A DNA stretch of 64,000 bases from Camelus ferus (lineage: Eukaryota), in the NCBI RefSeq assembly GCF_009834535.1, contig NC_045697.1, positions 4,342,001-4,406,000 on the forward strand. Direction: 5' to 3'. Below, piece by piece: positions 12,441 through 25,871 of the stretch. Numbering within the stretch: the first letter of the stretch is position 1; every line of letters begins with the position of its first letter. A program made the position numbers and the translations under genes. The notes beneath the pieces are model-generated. The model worked only from the letters and a program-made list of their open reading frames with translations, ran no database searches and was not told where the DNA came from.

Positions 12441-12984
12441 GCATGGGAGCTCCCAGGAAGTTAAAAAACCGGCCCAATGTCACAGGTCGAGGTAGCGGCC
12501 AAGTCAGAACTCAGGCTCAGGTCCTTGGCTCCCGGCCAGGGCTCCTTCCTCATCACAGTCCTCAGAGGCACATTAATAGAATGGGAAAAAATTTCATGTA
12601 AAGAGACAAATTGTTGGGATCGGGGCTCTGATTTTTCTCCTTTGCCAAGTGTCCAGGGACCTTTTAAAGGCTCTGTTTAACTAAATGAAAAGGACAAGTG
12701 GGAAGACTTTGTCTTTAGAGAAGAAAAATAAAAAAGCGGGAGTCAGTGTTACTAAGCAACGAATACAAGGCAGAATGATATGAGCAGCACCAGATTAAAC
12801 AGGGCTTCCCAGCCTTTGTCAAGGCACAGCTCACAGAGGAAGTGGTACTCGTGCCGATTAGAGCGAAGGGATGAGGCTGCTCCTGCAGGTGCTCACTGGC
12901 CCCCGGAGGCTCCCGGCGTCTCAGACAACAATGGACCCTAGGACTGAGGGAGTCCCTATTCCAGCACTCAGTTACCCACTTGCT

Positions 12985-13215
12985 ATCACCGTCACCACCA
13001 CGACTATCACACTACCAACTCTATCAACATCCCCACCCCGTCTCCATCCCCGCCACCATCCCCATCCCCACCGCCATCTCCATCAACATCCCCACCACCA
13101 TCTCCATCAACATCCCCACCACCATCTCCATCCCCATCTCCACCACCATCTACATCACCATCACCACCATCATCACCATCAGTGCCACCACCACTTTCAA
13201 CACTATTGTCATCAA
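12985..13215. repeat. (CAC/CAT)n low-complexity tract with an internal 24-bp tandem unit
   Basis: CCATCTCCATCAACATCCCCACCA repeats perfectly at 13074-13097 and 13098-13121 within a degenerate CAY tract. Confidence 0.9.
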
Positions 13216-13299
13216 CAAGGAAATAAAATAGAAAAACACCTAAGTAACATTTAGGGACGTCACCCCTCTTCCTCATCTCTAAGCCAAGACAGTACTAGT

Positions 13300-13480
13300 T
13301 AGTATTTACTGAGGACCTACTATGTATCATTTCACTTGATCCTCTCAACAACTATGTAAGGCAGGTGCTATTATTCCCCCGGTTTTACGACTGGGGAAAC
13401 AGAATCCTTAAGTAACACGTCTAGGGTCACACAGGTCCGGGTGGCAGAGGCAGGACTCATACACTGCAGCCTGGCTTACT
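13300..13480 (-). mobile_element. MIR SINE
   Basis: ATCCTCTCAACAACTATGTAAGGCAGGTGCTATTATTCCCCC...GGGGAAACAGA...GGTCACACAG core. Other MIR-like cores at roughly 17.1, 19.9, 22.6, 24.1, 29.2, 37.2, 42.5, 49.6, 51.7, 55.9 and 59.4 kb. Confidence 0.7.
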
Positions 13481-14424
13481 CTCAACCACCCAGAGCTCTC
13501 GTCTTGGGACTCTTGTGAGAATCAAATGACATCCCTCTTTTACTTGCTCAAGGCGACCAAGCCAAGGGACCAAATCTTGTCTTTCCCTCCTGGCTGGGGG
13601 CTCTGTGCCCAAGTCCACCCACCCAAGAGCCAGCTCCTTTTTTGGTCTTCAAAGAACAGCCTGCTAGATTTTATGGTCTTCAAAGACCGCTGCCTCCCCA
13701 GAACACCAAGCTGTCATCATTCAGAGAGGATCGAACCCCTCCTTGCCCTGTTGTGCCCCTGAGTGTGTGTCTTAATCTACACCTCTCTCTGGAGCTCACA
13801 CTGTGGTGCTTATCTATGGATTTAGACCTCTCTGGAGGAAATAAGATCTGTCTGCATATCTGCCTTCTCTGCACACCTTGGGCCAGGGGAGGATGCACTG
13901 AACAGAACTACAGAAGGGCCCTGCAAATTATCAAGTGCGTATAAAACCTTGTGATGTTAAACCTCTGATCGGTGAAGCCTGTGGAACAACTGAGCTCTGG
14001 GAGAGTGAGCTGAGAGCGTCCTTATCAGGAATTGATCACAGCATGTAAAAGATATTATGAGAAATCATTGCAGGAACTGCCACATCCAGCCTGGAGAAGA
14101 GACGTCTTGCAGAGGCACGAGCGTGTCATGGAGCCTTTTCTGTGCCCACTGCCGGGAGCACCTCCCCCCTCCCACCTGTTCTGTTCAGCCACACTGGCCT
14201 CCCTTCCATTCTCAGAGGCTATCACACTCTTCCTACCTCAGCGCCTTTGTCCGTGCTGTTCCCTCTACTCATGGTCCCCTCCCAGCCCACTCTTCATGCA
14301 TCTGCCCCACGTCCTCCTTCTCCCTGACCATTCTGTCCAAATCCCACTTCTCCCACCAGCCCTGCCCATTCCTGACCTCGCTGCAGCCTCTTCTGAGTGT
14401 CTCTTGTTTGTTAACTGTATTTTT

Positions 14425-15204
14425 CAATAGAAGTATAGTTGATTTACAATGTTGTGTTAGTTTCTGGTGTACAGCATAGTGATTCAGATATACATATATA
14501 TTCTTTTCCATATTCTTTATCATTATAGGTTATTATGTGCTACTGAATATAGTTCTCTGTGCTGTACAGCAGGACTTTGTTGTTTATTTTATGTATAATA
14601 GTTTGTATCTTCTAATCCCAAACTCCTAAGCCCCTCCCCCTTTTGGTAACCGTAAGTTTGTTTTCTGTGAGTCTATTTCTGTTTTGTAGATAAGTTCATT
14701 TGTATCATTTTTTTTAGATTCCACATATAAGTGATATATTTGTCTTTCTCTGTCTGGCTTACTTCACTTAGTATGATAATCTTTAAGTCCATCCATGTTG
14801 CTGCCAATGGCATTATTTCATTCTTTTTTATGGCTGAGTAATACTCCATTGTATATATACACTCCACATCTTCTCTATCCAGTCATCTGTTGATGGGCAT
14901 TTAGGTTGCCTCCATCTCTTGGCTGTTGTAAACAGTGCTGCTGTGAGCATTGGGGTGTACGTATCTTTTAGAATTAGAATTTTCTCTGGCATATGCATAG
15001 CAGTGGGATTTCTGGATCATATGCTAAGTCTATTTTTAGTTTTTTAAAGGAATCTCCATACTGTTCTTCATAGTGGCTGCACCAAACTACATTCTCACCT
15101 ACAGTGTAGGAGGGCTCCATTTTCTCCACACCCTCTCCAGCATTTGTCATTTGTAGACTTTTTAATGATGCTCATTCCGACCAGTGCGAGGTGATGCTTC
15201 ATTG
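14425..15204 (-). mobile_element. 5'-truncated L1 (ORF2 C-terminus plus 3'UTR) with degenerate TSD
   Basis: Minus-strand peptide YTMEYYSAIKKNEIMPLAATWMDLKIIILSEVSQTEKDKY. Flanks TTGTTAACTGTATTTTT (~14408) and TTGTTAGCTGTGTTTTT (~15205). Confidence 0.92.
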
Positions 15205-15294
15205 TTGTTAGCTGTGTTTTTAATCGCCCTTCTTCACTAGCCTGTAAGTAGATTGAGGGTGCAAGCCTTGCTTGTTTCAGTCACCCCACTCTAT

Positions 15295-15735
15295 CTCCCC
15301 TAACAAAGTACCCCAAATGGGGGGCCTAAAACAACAGACATTTCTTCTCTCACAGGTCTGGAGGAAAGTCCAAAATCGAGGTGTCAGCTGGGGTGCTTCT
15401 TCTTGGGGGCTTAGCAGGAGGATCTGTTCCGGGCCACCCCCAGCTTGCGGTGGTGGCAGACAGGTGTCTGTGGCTTGAGGTGGCATCACCCTCAGCCTCC
15501 ATCACCACGTGGCCTTCTCCCTGGGTGTCTCTCTCTTCACTGGGGTTCTCCTCTCTGTGTCCACATTCCTCCCTTCTTCTAAGAGATATAAATCACTGGA
15601 TTAGGGCCCATCCTATTCCCAGGATGACCACAACTCAACTTGATTACATCTGCAAAGACCATATTTCCAAATACATTCTCATTCTGAGGCTCCAAGTGGG
15701 CACACATTTGGGGGGGATTCTATTCAATCCAGAGC
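15295..15735 (-). mobile_element. MaLR LTR (MLT1B/C-like)
   Basis: TAACAAAGTACC...AAAACAACAGACATTTCTTCTCTCACAG...GGATTAGGGCCCA...ACATCTGCAAAGACC. Confidence 0.8.
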
Positions 15736-16339
15736 ACCCACCGCCCCTGGCAACCAGTCTATGGTATTTGTTGAATGAATGAACCAATCAATTAATTAAC
15801 CAAATGACCACTATCTACTGAGGGAGAGTGAGCATGGATGTTCTGGGATGTTCCAGAGGGCAGGGCTCACGGGAAAAGACAGGGAGGAAGATTTTAACTC
15901 AAGAGGAGGAGGGACAAAGGGAGACAGAGGGGGCCAGTGCACCCCCACATTTCCTTGTTTCACTTACCCACTGGGCTTGGCCGGTCAGACCTCGGGTCAG
16001 CTCATGGGGTGAGGTCAGCAGTGTCCCAGGACTGTTGGTCATGGCTGGCTGCCTTGTCAGTGGGCAAGCTCCAGGTCACTGGGCGCGCTGTGCCTCACGC
16101 CCAGCAGACTTTGCCAGGGATTTGCTGCCAAGGACTTTATTGAGGGGATTCACCCATCTGATGGATGAGGAGAATCTAAGAGCCTTTCTATATTGGTGGC
16201 TGCATGATTTATTAATGTCACCACCAAGACTGCAGCGCTGGTCACATCCAGAGGGTGGTGCCAGTGCCCCTTCTTCCAGTCCAGTGCATGGTTCCCTGGA
16301 GGAAGTGGGGCATAGCCTTTGGAGTCACAGTGATGATGA

Positions 16340-16648
16340 GCTGTCCTATGAAAATTTGTATCCTTCCTTCTGTAGTGCAGCTGCTTAGCCAGGGACTACA
16401 TTTCCCAGCATCCCTTGCTCTATGTGTAGCCATGTGACTACTTCTCACCGATGGAATACGTGAGAAATGATGTCGCTACTGGCTCATGGGAGTAAAGAAG
16501 CACATGACTTCTCTGCCCACTCCTCCTCCCACTGCTGGCCAAAAGGGAGGTCCCTGAGGCCCTGGAGAGGGTGGAGCCACAGGCTTGAAGAAGCTACTGA
16601 GATCTGGGGATTATCTGTTACAGCAGCTAGCATTGTCTAACTGACACA
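16340..16648 (+). mobile_element. Old MaLR LTR (MLT1J/I-like)
   Basis: GACTACATTTCCCAGCATCCCTTGC...GCCATGTGACTA...CTGTTACAGCAGCTAGC...CTAACTGACACA. Confidence 0.7.
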
Positions 16649-18334
16649 GAGACGAACCTCGAGTGGCCATCTAGCCTTGGGTGAGTACCTTTCCTTCTCC
16701 CAGCCTCAGTTTCCCTGTCTGTAACATGGGAGTAATACCTGCTTTCAGAGGTTGTTGTGAGGAGAGTACACGGTGACGAACCTCGTGTACAGTGACTTGC
16801 ACAAAAGCCGGCATCTAGTGAGTAGCCTTAACCTAAGTGAACCGCCAAACCCAGTGCCCTTCTCAGGTCACCCAGCAAAGCTTTGTCATTCTGCTGCCAT
16901 GGGCCAGACATGACTACACACGCCCCCTGGGGGTTTTCCTGGGCAGACTAGGATATTACTTGAGTAACTAAACACCTAAAAACACACCAGAAGAAGTACT
17001 TACAGTTACTAAGAGGAGACCAGAAAGACATAAGTGCTTGCTGGCCTCTCGCTAGGCCGTGCTAAGCCACAAGCATCCTCCCCAGACCTCTCCACCAGCA
17101 ATTCCTGAGTTCCACTCCCAGCTCTGCCACTGACTCTGGGCTCTAGGGACCTGGGATATAGTCACATTCTTCTCTGGACCTCAGTTTCCCCATCTGTGAA
17201 ATGGTGACGTTGGGGCCCCCAGCTCTGTTCCTCTATCATCCCCTCTCCCTGAGCTCCGAACCCACTCTATTTGGCAAAGAGATGAATGTGCCATTGCCCT
17301 TAGAATGCTGGGCGCCTTAAAACTCCAGGCCTGCCAGACACCCTGAATTCCAGGCCCAGCCCCTGGTCTCCCATGACCTTGACAGCCAGGAAGACAGGAG
17401 CTTCGAGACTGATTCCATTTCCTTCGCAAATCTGGGGGCCCAAGACAGAAATCTGCAACAGGGAGAGACCCACAGTATTCAAGCTCAGGGGACGCTGGGA
17501 TTCTCATGTCCGCCTGCCTACACTCTATGGTTGGAGATGTGTGGGCTGAGAGAAGCAACTTGCCTGAAGCCACCCGATGGCAGTGGGGACAGCCCAAGCA
17601 CTCAGCACCCCAGCCCTTGTCTCGCTCATCCCAGGGGGCTGGCCCCTACAGTAGGGTTTTCACGTAAAGACCAGTGCTCAGACCTCTGCTGGTATGCCCT
17701 TTGCAAATGCAGATTTCTATTAAACCTGCCTTTGAGGAGGTGAGCAGAAAGTTCCTGTACTGGGGGGCAGGGGTGCAGGAGGATTTAACTCTTGGATGTA
17801 ACTCTCCACCCTATCCTGACAGGTTTTTCTTTTTCCAAGCAAATGGAGGGCAGTGGTGGGAGGCAAATCAATTAATCACTGGATTCTGGTGACCTCTAGT
17901 GGACTCACTTTTAATAGCAATACTTAGGACTAAATTAAAGGGACAAAGAACTCCCAGTTTATCCAGGGTTGTGACTCTAAGACTCTCACATGCCTACAGA
18001 TCATCTTGGAATATTATGAAAATGCAGAGTCTGCCTTAGCGGGTCTGGGGGAGTTGAGATATGTGACGTCGATGCTGCTGGTACTTATACTTCTGAGGAG
18101 GGAAGAGATGGGGAACTTAGATTCACCCACCTCTGAGCAGGGAGGTGCTTCCACGCGCTGCCTCACTACCCTGATGTCAGAAAAAAGGCGCGAGTCCCCT
18201 GAGGACTCAGTGCTGGGGAGGGTGGGGCGTTCACTGAGGACTGGGCACAGCCAGCAGCTCCCACACCCACAGTAACATGACACACTCTGGACAGCACGCT
18301 GGAGTTCACACAGAGTTTTCACCTGCATTCTCAT

Positions 18335-19864
18335 CACTTGGCTGCATAAGTTGTGGGGCCCAGTGGAAAATAAAAACGTGGGGACCCTTGTTCTGAAAGC
18401 AGGGAAAAAGTGCAGTTTAAAGTCTTAAATATAAAGTGTTTCCCTTAGAATATTTTATTACACATACAATATAATGAGGATAACAGTGACACGTGAGTAA
18501 CAACTCACACAAACCGTGAAATAATGTTTTGGTGTCATAGTTTATATAATACAACGAATGGTAGCTCACTGATGCGACAGCTTGGTTGTAGGATTTTCCT
18601 GTCTTGCTTTTCTGCAAATTCGTTTATTAGATTCACCAAAATTTATCCTTTTAGCAATTCATTTTCAATCGATATAATGGAAAGTGACATCAGTTTCTCT
18701 TGGCAAACGGAAGAATCACAAATCGTCTTTGATCATTTTTCATTCTGACAGGGATCTTTCTGCCGATGCCGCCGTTATTGGAGCTGTTATTTTACAGGCT
18801 GTGGTGACACTGTGATGCATTTCTGATCAATTATTTTGAAATACAAATGTTTAGGACATCTAGAGCTGATGATTCATGCAGAATATTGTTTCCTAAAAAG
18901 ATTTAACTCTTCATACAAATCAGTTTCATGTATGCCTGCATTTAGTTCTAAATGTAAATGTACATGGTGGTATTTAATGTTTACCGTCTGACGTTCCCTG
19001 TAACTCATGGAGGTTGTTCAGGAAACCAAAGGCGGCTTCATGATTTGTATATTCAATCACCTGTGTATGCCTCCTGTCACATCTCGAATTACAAGGGAAA
19101 TTTAATTTTAAAATTGTCTTCCTCTTTAATAATTGGTTCATCATAGCTTGATACAGAAATCATGCTCTTTTTCCTCAACTGCGACAATCTTTGCATTTAC
19201 TTCCTATTTCTAAGCCTTTGGATGTTTGCAATATTGCAATAGTTTTCAAAACCGGAAGTCTAAACTCCCTGAGGAGTTCTCATAACTCCTGGCATCTGTG
19301 CTGTAACGTCCACGTGTGTACTTCCATTCTGTAATAGTTTACTGACAAAGTTTACTGCTGGAGCCCTGGCAGTTCTGACCCCGGCTCTCAGGCCTGATTG
19401 TTAACATTTGTGTAGGTGCCCCAGGGACAGACTCCAGGGTTGGAGAGGCTCCCCCAGCCAGCCTCCCACAGTGGTCCAGGCACCGTGCACATGGAGTCCT
19501 CTCTCCCAGAGCCTCCCACTGCTGCCAGCCTCACCACCAACAACCTGGGCCCAGGTCCCAGCCCCGGCCACCCCTACACAGGACCCCAGTGCCCCAGGCC
19601 ACTCCAGGCGCGCGCGTGTGTGTGTAGGGGGTGTATGTGTGTAGCCCAGGGACCAGGAGTGCTGCGCCCGCACCGTTGTGCACTGCCACCTGGATCCTCC
19701 CCTGCACACTCTATTGTCCTGTCACTTACATGACATAAGTTCAAAGAAAAAATTACTAGGACTTTCAAGATGGCGACAGCAAAGCATTTAACCAAGTGCC
19801 AGGTCCCTCTGAGAGCAGGGCTCTGTGAGACCTGAGAGGCTGTACACTTGTGAACCCGGCCCTG
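18335..19864 (-). mobile_element. hAT-Tip100 DNA transposon (MER45R-like, ~1.5 kb) with decayed transposase C-terminus
   Basis: Both ends resemble MER45 termini (right end reverse complement CAGGGCCGGGTTCAC...; left GGCTGCATAAGTTGTGGGGCCCAGTGGAAAATAAAAACGTGGGGACCCTTGTTC). Minus-strand translation ~18787-18590 gives TAPITAASAERSLS*, SSVCQEKLMSLSIISIENE and LINEFAEKQDRKI, matching the hAT dimerisation domain with stops and frameshifts. Confidence 0.85.
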
Positions 19865-21299
19865 GTGATCATCCTGGCTGGTATTTCCTGAACGCCCCAC
19901 ATGCCAGATCTAGGAACCCATGTAATCCTCACAGCAGTCCAGGGAGGTCCTGCTCTCGTCCCCGTCTTACAGGTGGGGAAACTGACCATCCTGGAAGTAA
20001 AGTAATTTACTCAAGGTCACCCAGCTAGTGAGTGGCAGTGTCTGGACACCCAGTCCCCCTCCAGAACCGGTTCACTGTTCATTCTATGGCATAAGTATTA
20101 TCAACCCCCTCTACTCTCAGAGTCTTAGTGCTTACCCACGGCTGGCCCATCCCTGCAGGGAGGTAGAACTAAATGTCCAGCCCAGGTTTCTTGCCTCCCA
20201 GTGCGAAGAGAGGAAAGAGCTCATAGTCCAGAACTCCGATCTGCTTAGTCATAAATCCTGGTAATTAAACCCAAGGAGCCTACAGTGAGGATGCCCAAGA
20301 AGAGCTTTTTAAACTGTAGCCATGACTTACTAGGAAATCTTGAAATCATTTTTGTGGACTGTGCCCAGCAGTTTTTAAAACAGGAAACAGTAAAGAAGAC
20401 AAAGGGCTCAGAGTGCACCCCTGAAGTAGGGGGAGTATTGCGCACAGGTTTGGTATTCATTCTATTTGCATGTGCTGGGTCACACATGAATTCTATTTCT
20501 CTCTGTGCCTCCTTGAACAAAGTCTGGCTCAGGTAATTATGTTTCAGCTCTGCTGGCCAGGGGGCATTCCCAGGCACACTGCATAAGTGCAGACACCACT
20601 CCTGTAGTCTGAGGGCACCATGGTCCCATGGTGAGCCCCATCACCCCGAACAATTTGGTATTTGGTTTCCCTGGGGTACATCCTGCAGAGCCTGAGCCCA
20701 AGTGGTGGAGGCACCTGCCTGGAGGGCCTTGGTGAGCAGACCTGGAGGGAGTCAGATTTCAGCGCTCAGGCGTGGGCTGTGGGGGGCAGGGCGTCTGGAA
20801 GGAGGCACCACTGAGCTCTGAGACCTGGCCTCTCTGCGTCCAGGACCACTCCAACAGCATCCTCCTCCCCATCCCCATTCCACCTGGGACCGTGGCCTGG
20901 GGACCTGTACTGCCAGCTCCCCGGTGGGACATAAGAAACCTACCCAACCTGACCCAAACCCAACCCGGTGTCAGGTGGATGGAGTCACCACAGCAAAGAG
21001 GCCCTGCCATGGGGACGAGTGTGAGACAGTCACCATTCTTGGCACCTGACAGGTGTTATTGTCACCACGTGTCCCAGGAAGGATCCTGACAGAGTAGTTG
21101 TCAAAGCCAATGGGCACATCCATGTCCAGAGCCCCTGCAACACACAGACCCCATGCAGGGTGCCTTATAAAGTGCAGCTCCTTGGTCCTGGCAGGATCCC
21201 CACCAGGTGTTGGCATTCCCATTTTACAGAGCAGAAAACTGAGGCTCAGGGAGGAAGTGCCTTGTTCAGGGTCCCACAGCCCCCCCAAAAAACCTGGCT

Positions 21300-22375
21300 T
21301 CTCTTTAGCCATCCCTCTCCCATCCCTCACCCCTCCCCCAGCCGTAGGCAACCACTAATCTGCTTTCTGTCTCTACAGATTTCCCTATTCTGGCTATTTC
21401 ATACAATATGTGAGCCTTTGTGAGTGGGTTTTTAACTTACCATGTTTTCAAGGTTCATCTACATTGTAGCACATATGAGCACCTCATCCCTTTTCATGGC
21501 TGAATAATATTCCACTGCATGGATGGACCACAGTTTATTTACCCATTCATCATCAGTTGATGGGCACTTGGTTGTTTCCACTTTGGGGCTACCATGAATA
21601 ACGTTGTTATGCACATTTACAGTGAAAGCAGCTCTTTTCCCCCTTTCCTGTTTGCCCATCTCTGTCCCCCTCTAGGCTTAAAAGAACCCAGTTATAGGAA
21701 TGAGATCACTAAGCAACTAAAACTAACTCCTGACCTGTGCTCTCCCGAATGCACACCATGCCTCTCTGACCTGGTGATTCTTTCCCTGGATAAAAAGAAG
21801 AATGAAGAATGAAGCAGTTAAAGAGTGATTAGCTCTCTACCCTCAATGGCCCCCTTAGCAACCCTGCAGGCAGACAGATCACGCGGCCAAGATAGCGTCT
21901 GAAGAGAGAGTCAGCCAGTCTGCACGCAGTGGAGAAGGATGTGGAACCCAGCCTCCTGCCTTGATGAGTCACTGAGATTCTTCTCCCCATTTTTCCCTTT
22001 TAAAATTGTCATGGCTGAGCAGAATCTTTGGAATTGGTCTCTGGACGTGAATCCACCCTCTCCCCAGACTGCCGGCTTTTCTGATTAAAGCAACTTTCCT
22101 TTCTACTGACACTTACCTCTTGAATTACTGGCTTTTGAGCCACAAGCAGCCAAACCCGAGTTTGGTAACAATAATGTAGGATGAACATATATTCTCAGTT
22201 CTCTTGAGTACACCTCTAGGAGTGGAACTGCTGGGTCATGTGATAACTTCATGTTTAACCTTCTGAGGAACCACCAGACTGTTTTCCAAAGCGGCTGACC
22301 CATTTGAGACTCACCAGCCATGAATCACGGTTCCTCCACCTCCTGTCTAATGCTTGCCATTACCCATCTTTTTGA
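21300..22375 (-). mobile_element. Old L1 fragment (L1MB/ME-like) split by an LTR insertion
   Basis: Minus-strand KCPSTDDEWVNKLWSIHAVEYYSAMK (left part) and QPLWKTVWWFLRRLNMKLSHDPAVPLL (right part) are consecutive L1 ORF2 C-terminal segments. Confidence 0.85.
21622..22170 (+). mobile_element. ERV1-type solo LTR (MER34/MER39-like 3' end)
   Basis: Ends ...GGCTTTTGAGCCACAAGCAGCCAAACCCGAGTTTGGTAACA. ATTAAA at 22084-22089. Interrupts an L1. The 5' boundary is approximate. Confidence 0.7.
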
Positions 22376-24419
22376 CGGGGTTTTGAAAGATGAAAAGGAG
22401 TGAGACTGGAGCACAGAAAGGTGGGAAGGCCATTCCAGAAGAAGGGCAGCTTGAGGGGAGAGGCAAAGAGGCTGCAGAGCAGGGAGCTACGGGGAACCAG
22501 GATCAGTTTGAGATTCCTGGGATGTAAGGGGGGAGGCAGGAGTTGCTGACATGCTGCTGCTCCCAAGCTCATCATAACAACAGTGGGCACCCAGAGTGTG
22601 CCGGCCACGGGCCGAGGCTGTCACAGCATTAACTCCTTGCAACAGCCCTATGAGGTCAGTATTATTATCATTATTCCCAGTTTTTCACTGGAGGAAAAGA
22701 AGGCAGTGGGTAGCGAATTCACCCCAGGTGACAAAGGCAGTAAGTGGCAGAGCAGGGACTCAAACTCAGGTTCTTACTGGTGACAGGGCTGCTGCCCACC
22801 TAAGATGTCGCCAAGGTGGGGATGTCTGTCATCACCACAGAAAGGAGACATCAAGTATTAGGACGCCAGAGCCACCTGCGGAGGGAGAAGGCACCTCAGC
22901 GGTGGCCCGGGAGTGAGTGTGCCAGCGCACGGGCGCGGGGCTCTGTCTGGGGGTGATGGGAACCTTCTAAACTTCACTGCAGTTGTGATTACACGTATTT
23001 GTGAATGTACTGAAGACCACTGTCGGTGAGTGAGTTTTATGGTACGTGAATGAGATCCTAGTAACACTGTGGAAAGACAGGGACCTTGGCCCGCAACTGC
23101 TCCACACCCTGGTTTTGTGAGAGGAAGTGGAGAGCGGGGAGGGGACAGTTGAGCTTCCTTGGGGCGGTGACAGCAGGAGCAGGTGGTCCCTGGGCTCGCT
23201 CTCACCCCAGGGCAACAAGATCCATGGGAGGTCTGGGGTCTGAATGGATGTGGGGCCAACCCCCTCCGGTCAGAACCAAGACCCAGAGACTGTGGCCGCC
23301 GGAAGCCCTGCTTTCCAGCAACATCACAGCAATAAAAGCAGACGTGGAGACGCTCTCAAGAGCCTGACCATTAGCATAAAACCTGTAGGCGGTTTAGAGG
23401 GACTTGAAGCGAGGCTTGCCCGTGTCTGTTTCCCTTTAAATAACTGCAGAGGCCCTCAGAGAGTTACCCAGAATCAAACCGCACTTATCTACAGCCTCAC
23501 GGTCCCCCAGACACGTGACTTAATAGATTTTGAAATGAGCTTTATCCTCTCCAGCAGGTGATTTACACTGTGTAACTCGAGGCATCCGGAGCATGCACGT
23601 TACACTCAACTGCAGGTAAGGAGATGCCTTTTTATCTTCATTGCCCTTATTCACCATAAACAAGACATTACTGAAAACAGTTACCTTACAAACACCAGAC
23701 TTAAGGTGAGCCTCCTGTATACACATACATTTCTTTATCAAATGTTTATTGAGAATCTATGACAAGCAAGCGATGTGTCCTAAACCACATGGCCCCTCCT
23801 TCCAGGAGGGCAGACTGGTGTGTGTGTGTGTGTGAGCATGTCTTGTGTCTCTGTGTGCATGTGCACCCACATGTGCTTCGGGTTGATGGTGACAGTAGCA
23901 GGGGATGACAGTTACTAAGCAAAGGTTACATATGGGAGCCTCAGGAGCTGCCTGCCCCTGCCTGGGAGCAGGAAAGACTCCGTGGAAGAAGTAAAGTCTC
24001 GGCTGCAGCAGGCCTGCACAAGGCTCTGGTGTCCCTCCTCAGAAGAGCCCTGTGAGGCAGGCAGTTTCCAACTTACTTTACAGATGAGGTAGTGGAAGCA
24101 CAGAGAGGTTAAGTAACTGGCCCCAGGCCACTCAGCAAGTATGGTGCAGAGAAGGGATTTAAGTCAGATCTATTTCTGTTTTAACAACAACAAAGAATAA
24201 GTGGGAAAAAAATATCATACCTTAGTCTAGCAGCTGACATGATTGTTTTCATTCTTCGTGGGTCTTTCCTAGCCCCAGAGCACACCGCTGATTTTCTGCA
24301 GTTCTAGTCCTTGGGGGGCCTCTCTTTGCTTTCTTTGGGTCTCCTTTCACTTGAATGCAAGATATTTCAAAGCAAAGATATTGTATTAAGCCATATACTT
24401 CAATTTCTTTGGGACAGAA

Positions 24420-24850
24420 CTCTGTCTTGTTTTTCCTGTGTCCCTAGTACCTGGCTCAGTGCCTGAGAAAGAGTCAGTGCCCAAGAGTTATTTGTTGAAC
24501 ACATTCATTTATTCATGCACTCGTCCAACAAATATGCATCAAGTGCTGGCTCTGAGTGCCAGGTGTGGTTCTAGACTCAGGGGATTCTGCAGTCACTAAA
24601 GCAGGCAAAAAAAAGAGAAAAATCCCCAAACAAGAGGAGCTTACATTCTGGTGGGAGATAGCAAACAATAGCATAGATGGGCAAATAAAGTGGCAACAGG
24701 AGATGATGGAATCACAAAGAGAAACAAAGATGGGCAGGAAGACAGGGAGGCGCAGGGGGTATGCAACTGTGTACAGAGTGACCAGGGCTGGCCACATCTT
24801 GCCTGCTGGCATAGTCAAGGAAGGAGATGCCCTGAGACTTGATGTGCCCT
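24420..24850. mobile_element. L2 3'-end fragments in tail-to-tail arrangement
   Basis: TGTGTCCCTAGTACCTGGCTCAGTGCC...TATTTGTTGAA is followed by CATTCATTTATTCATGCACTCGTCCAACAAATAT...GTGCCAGG. Confidence 0.65.
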
Positions 24851-25871
24851 CCCCAGGGTGCACAGGTGGCAGGTGTGTGTGATGAGCATGTGTTCATAAA
24901 GAAAAGGAAGAGACTCGAAGAAAGGGACAACTTGCATTCCCTGTATCCATGTGTTACATTTTCTAATAACAACGATTTTCTCTCAGGAATTTTGGGTCCA
25001 AACTGCTCTTTAATGAATGGTATTTGTAAAACATATTTGCTGCAAATATAGCCCCATACTATCTTGGCTTTATGAATGTCTCAAGGTTTGTTAGTAAATC
25101 TACTTAATGCCATCCCACCTGAGGGAAAAAAAAAGGAGTCCAGTTGAGCAAGACCTGAGCGAAGTGGGTGAACAAGCTGTGCAGCGGCAGGTGCAGAGCC
25201 CTGCAGGCAGAGAGGGCGTGCGTCCGGGCCTGGCAGCCACAGGGCCGGCAAGCTCTGGGGAGCAGCTAAGGAAGCAGCGGGGCTCCAGGAGGCACCGAGG
25301 CCCCCCAGGGGGTAGGGCCGAATCACATGTAAGAGCTGACATTCATGCAGTGTCAGTTCCTGGCTCGTAACAGGCTCTGGAAAAATATTAGCCGCTATTA
25401 TTGTTTCATGTCTTATATCTCTGTCCACCAGTGCAGGGGGCACCATTGTCACACTATTTATGGGGCTGCCCTGTTAATATGGGTTAACTAGGAGGCAAAT
25501 CTATACATAGTTCCCTGAAAGACCCCATCCCTCACCCCCAAAATACACCCCCCACCTAGCATTAAGAGAGTTTGGTTAGATCCTGTCTTAAATTTAGATT
25601 TAAATGACAAGGTGGCTCTGGGCTGCTGATCAGCAAACTCCCAGCACAGATGGAGTCAAAGTCTGCGTTTGCCTCACTGCACTGAGCCGGTTACCTGTGA
25701 GGGTCTGCAGGTGCTGCTTCCCCAGCAGGTGTTCCCTCTTATTATGCAGGGAACTGAAGAACTGCTGGCAGTACAGGTCGTGGTTCTCATCCCCTTGCAG
25801 ACAGAAATGGTTTCCCATGAGCAGGGAGCAGGCACAGGGATCTGGCCTTCTCTGACTATAAAATTAGCTTA

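Noticed and set aside
12871..13276. His-rich, Ile/Thr-rich and Gly/Asp-rich ORFs
   Set aside because: These are translations of a (CAC/CAT)n simple repeat in several frames, with no splice or gene context.
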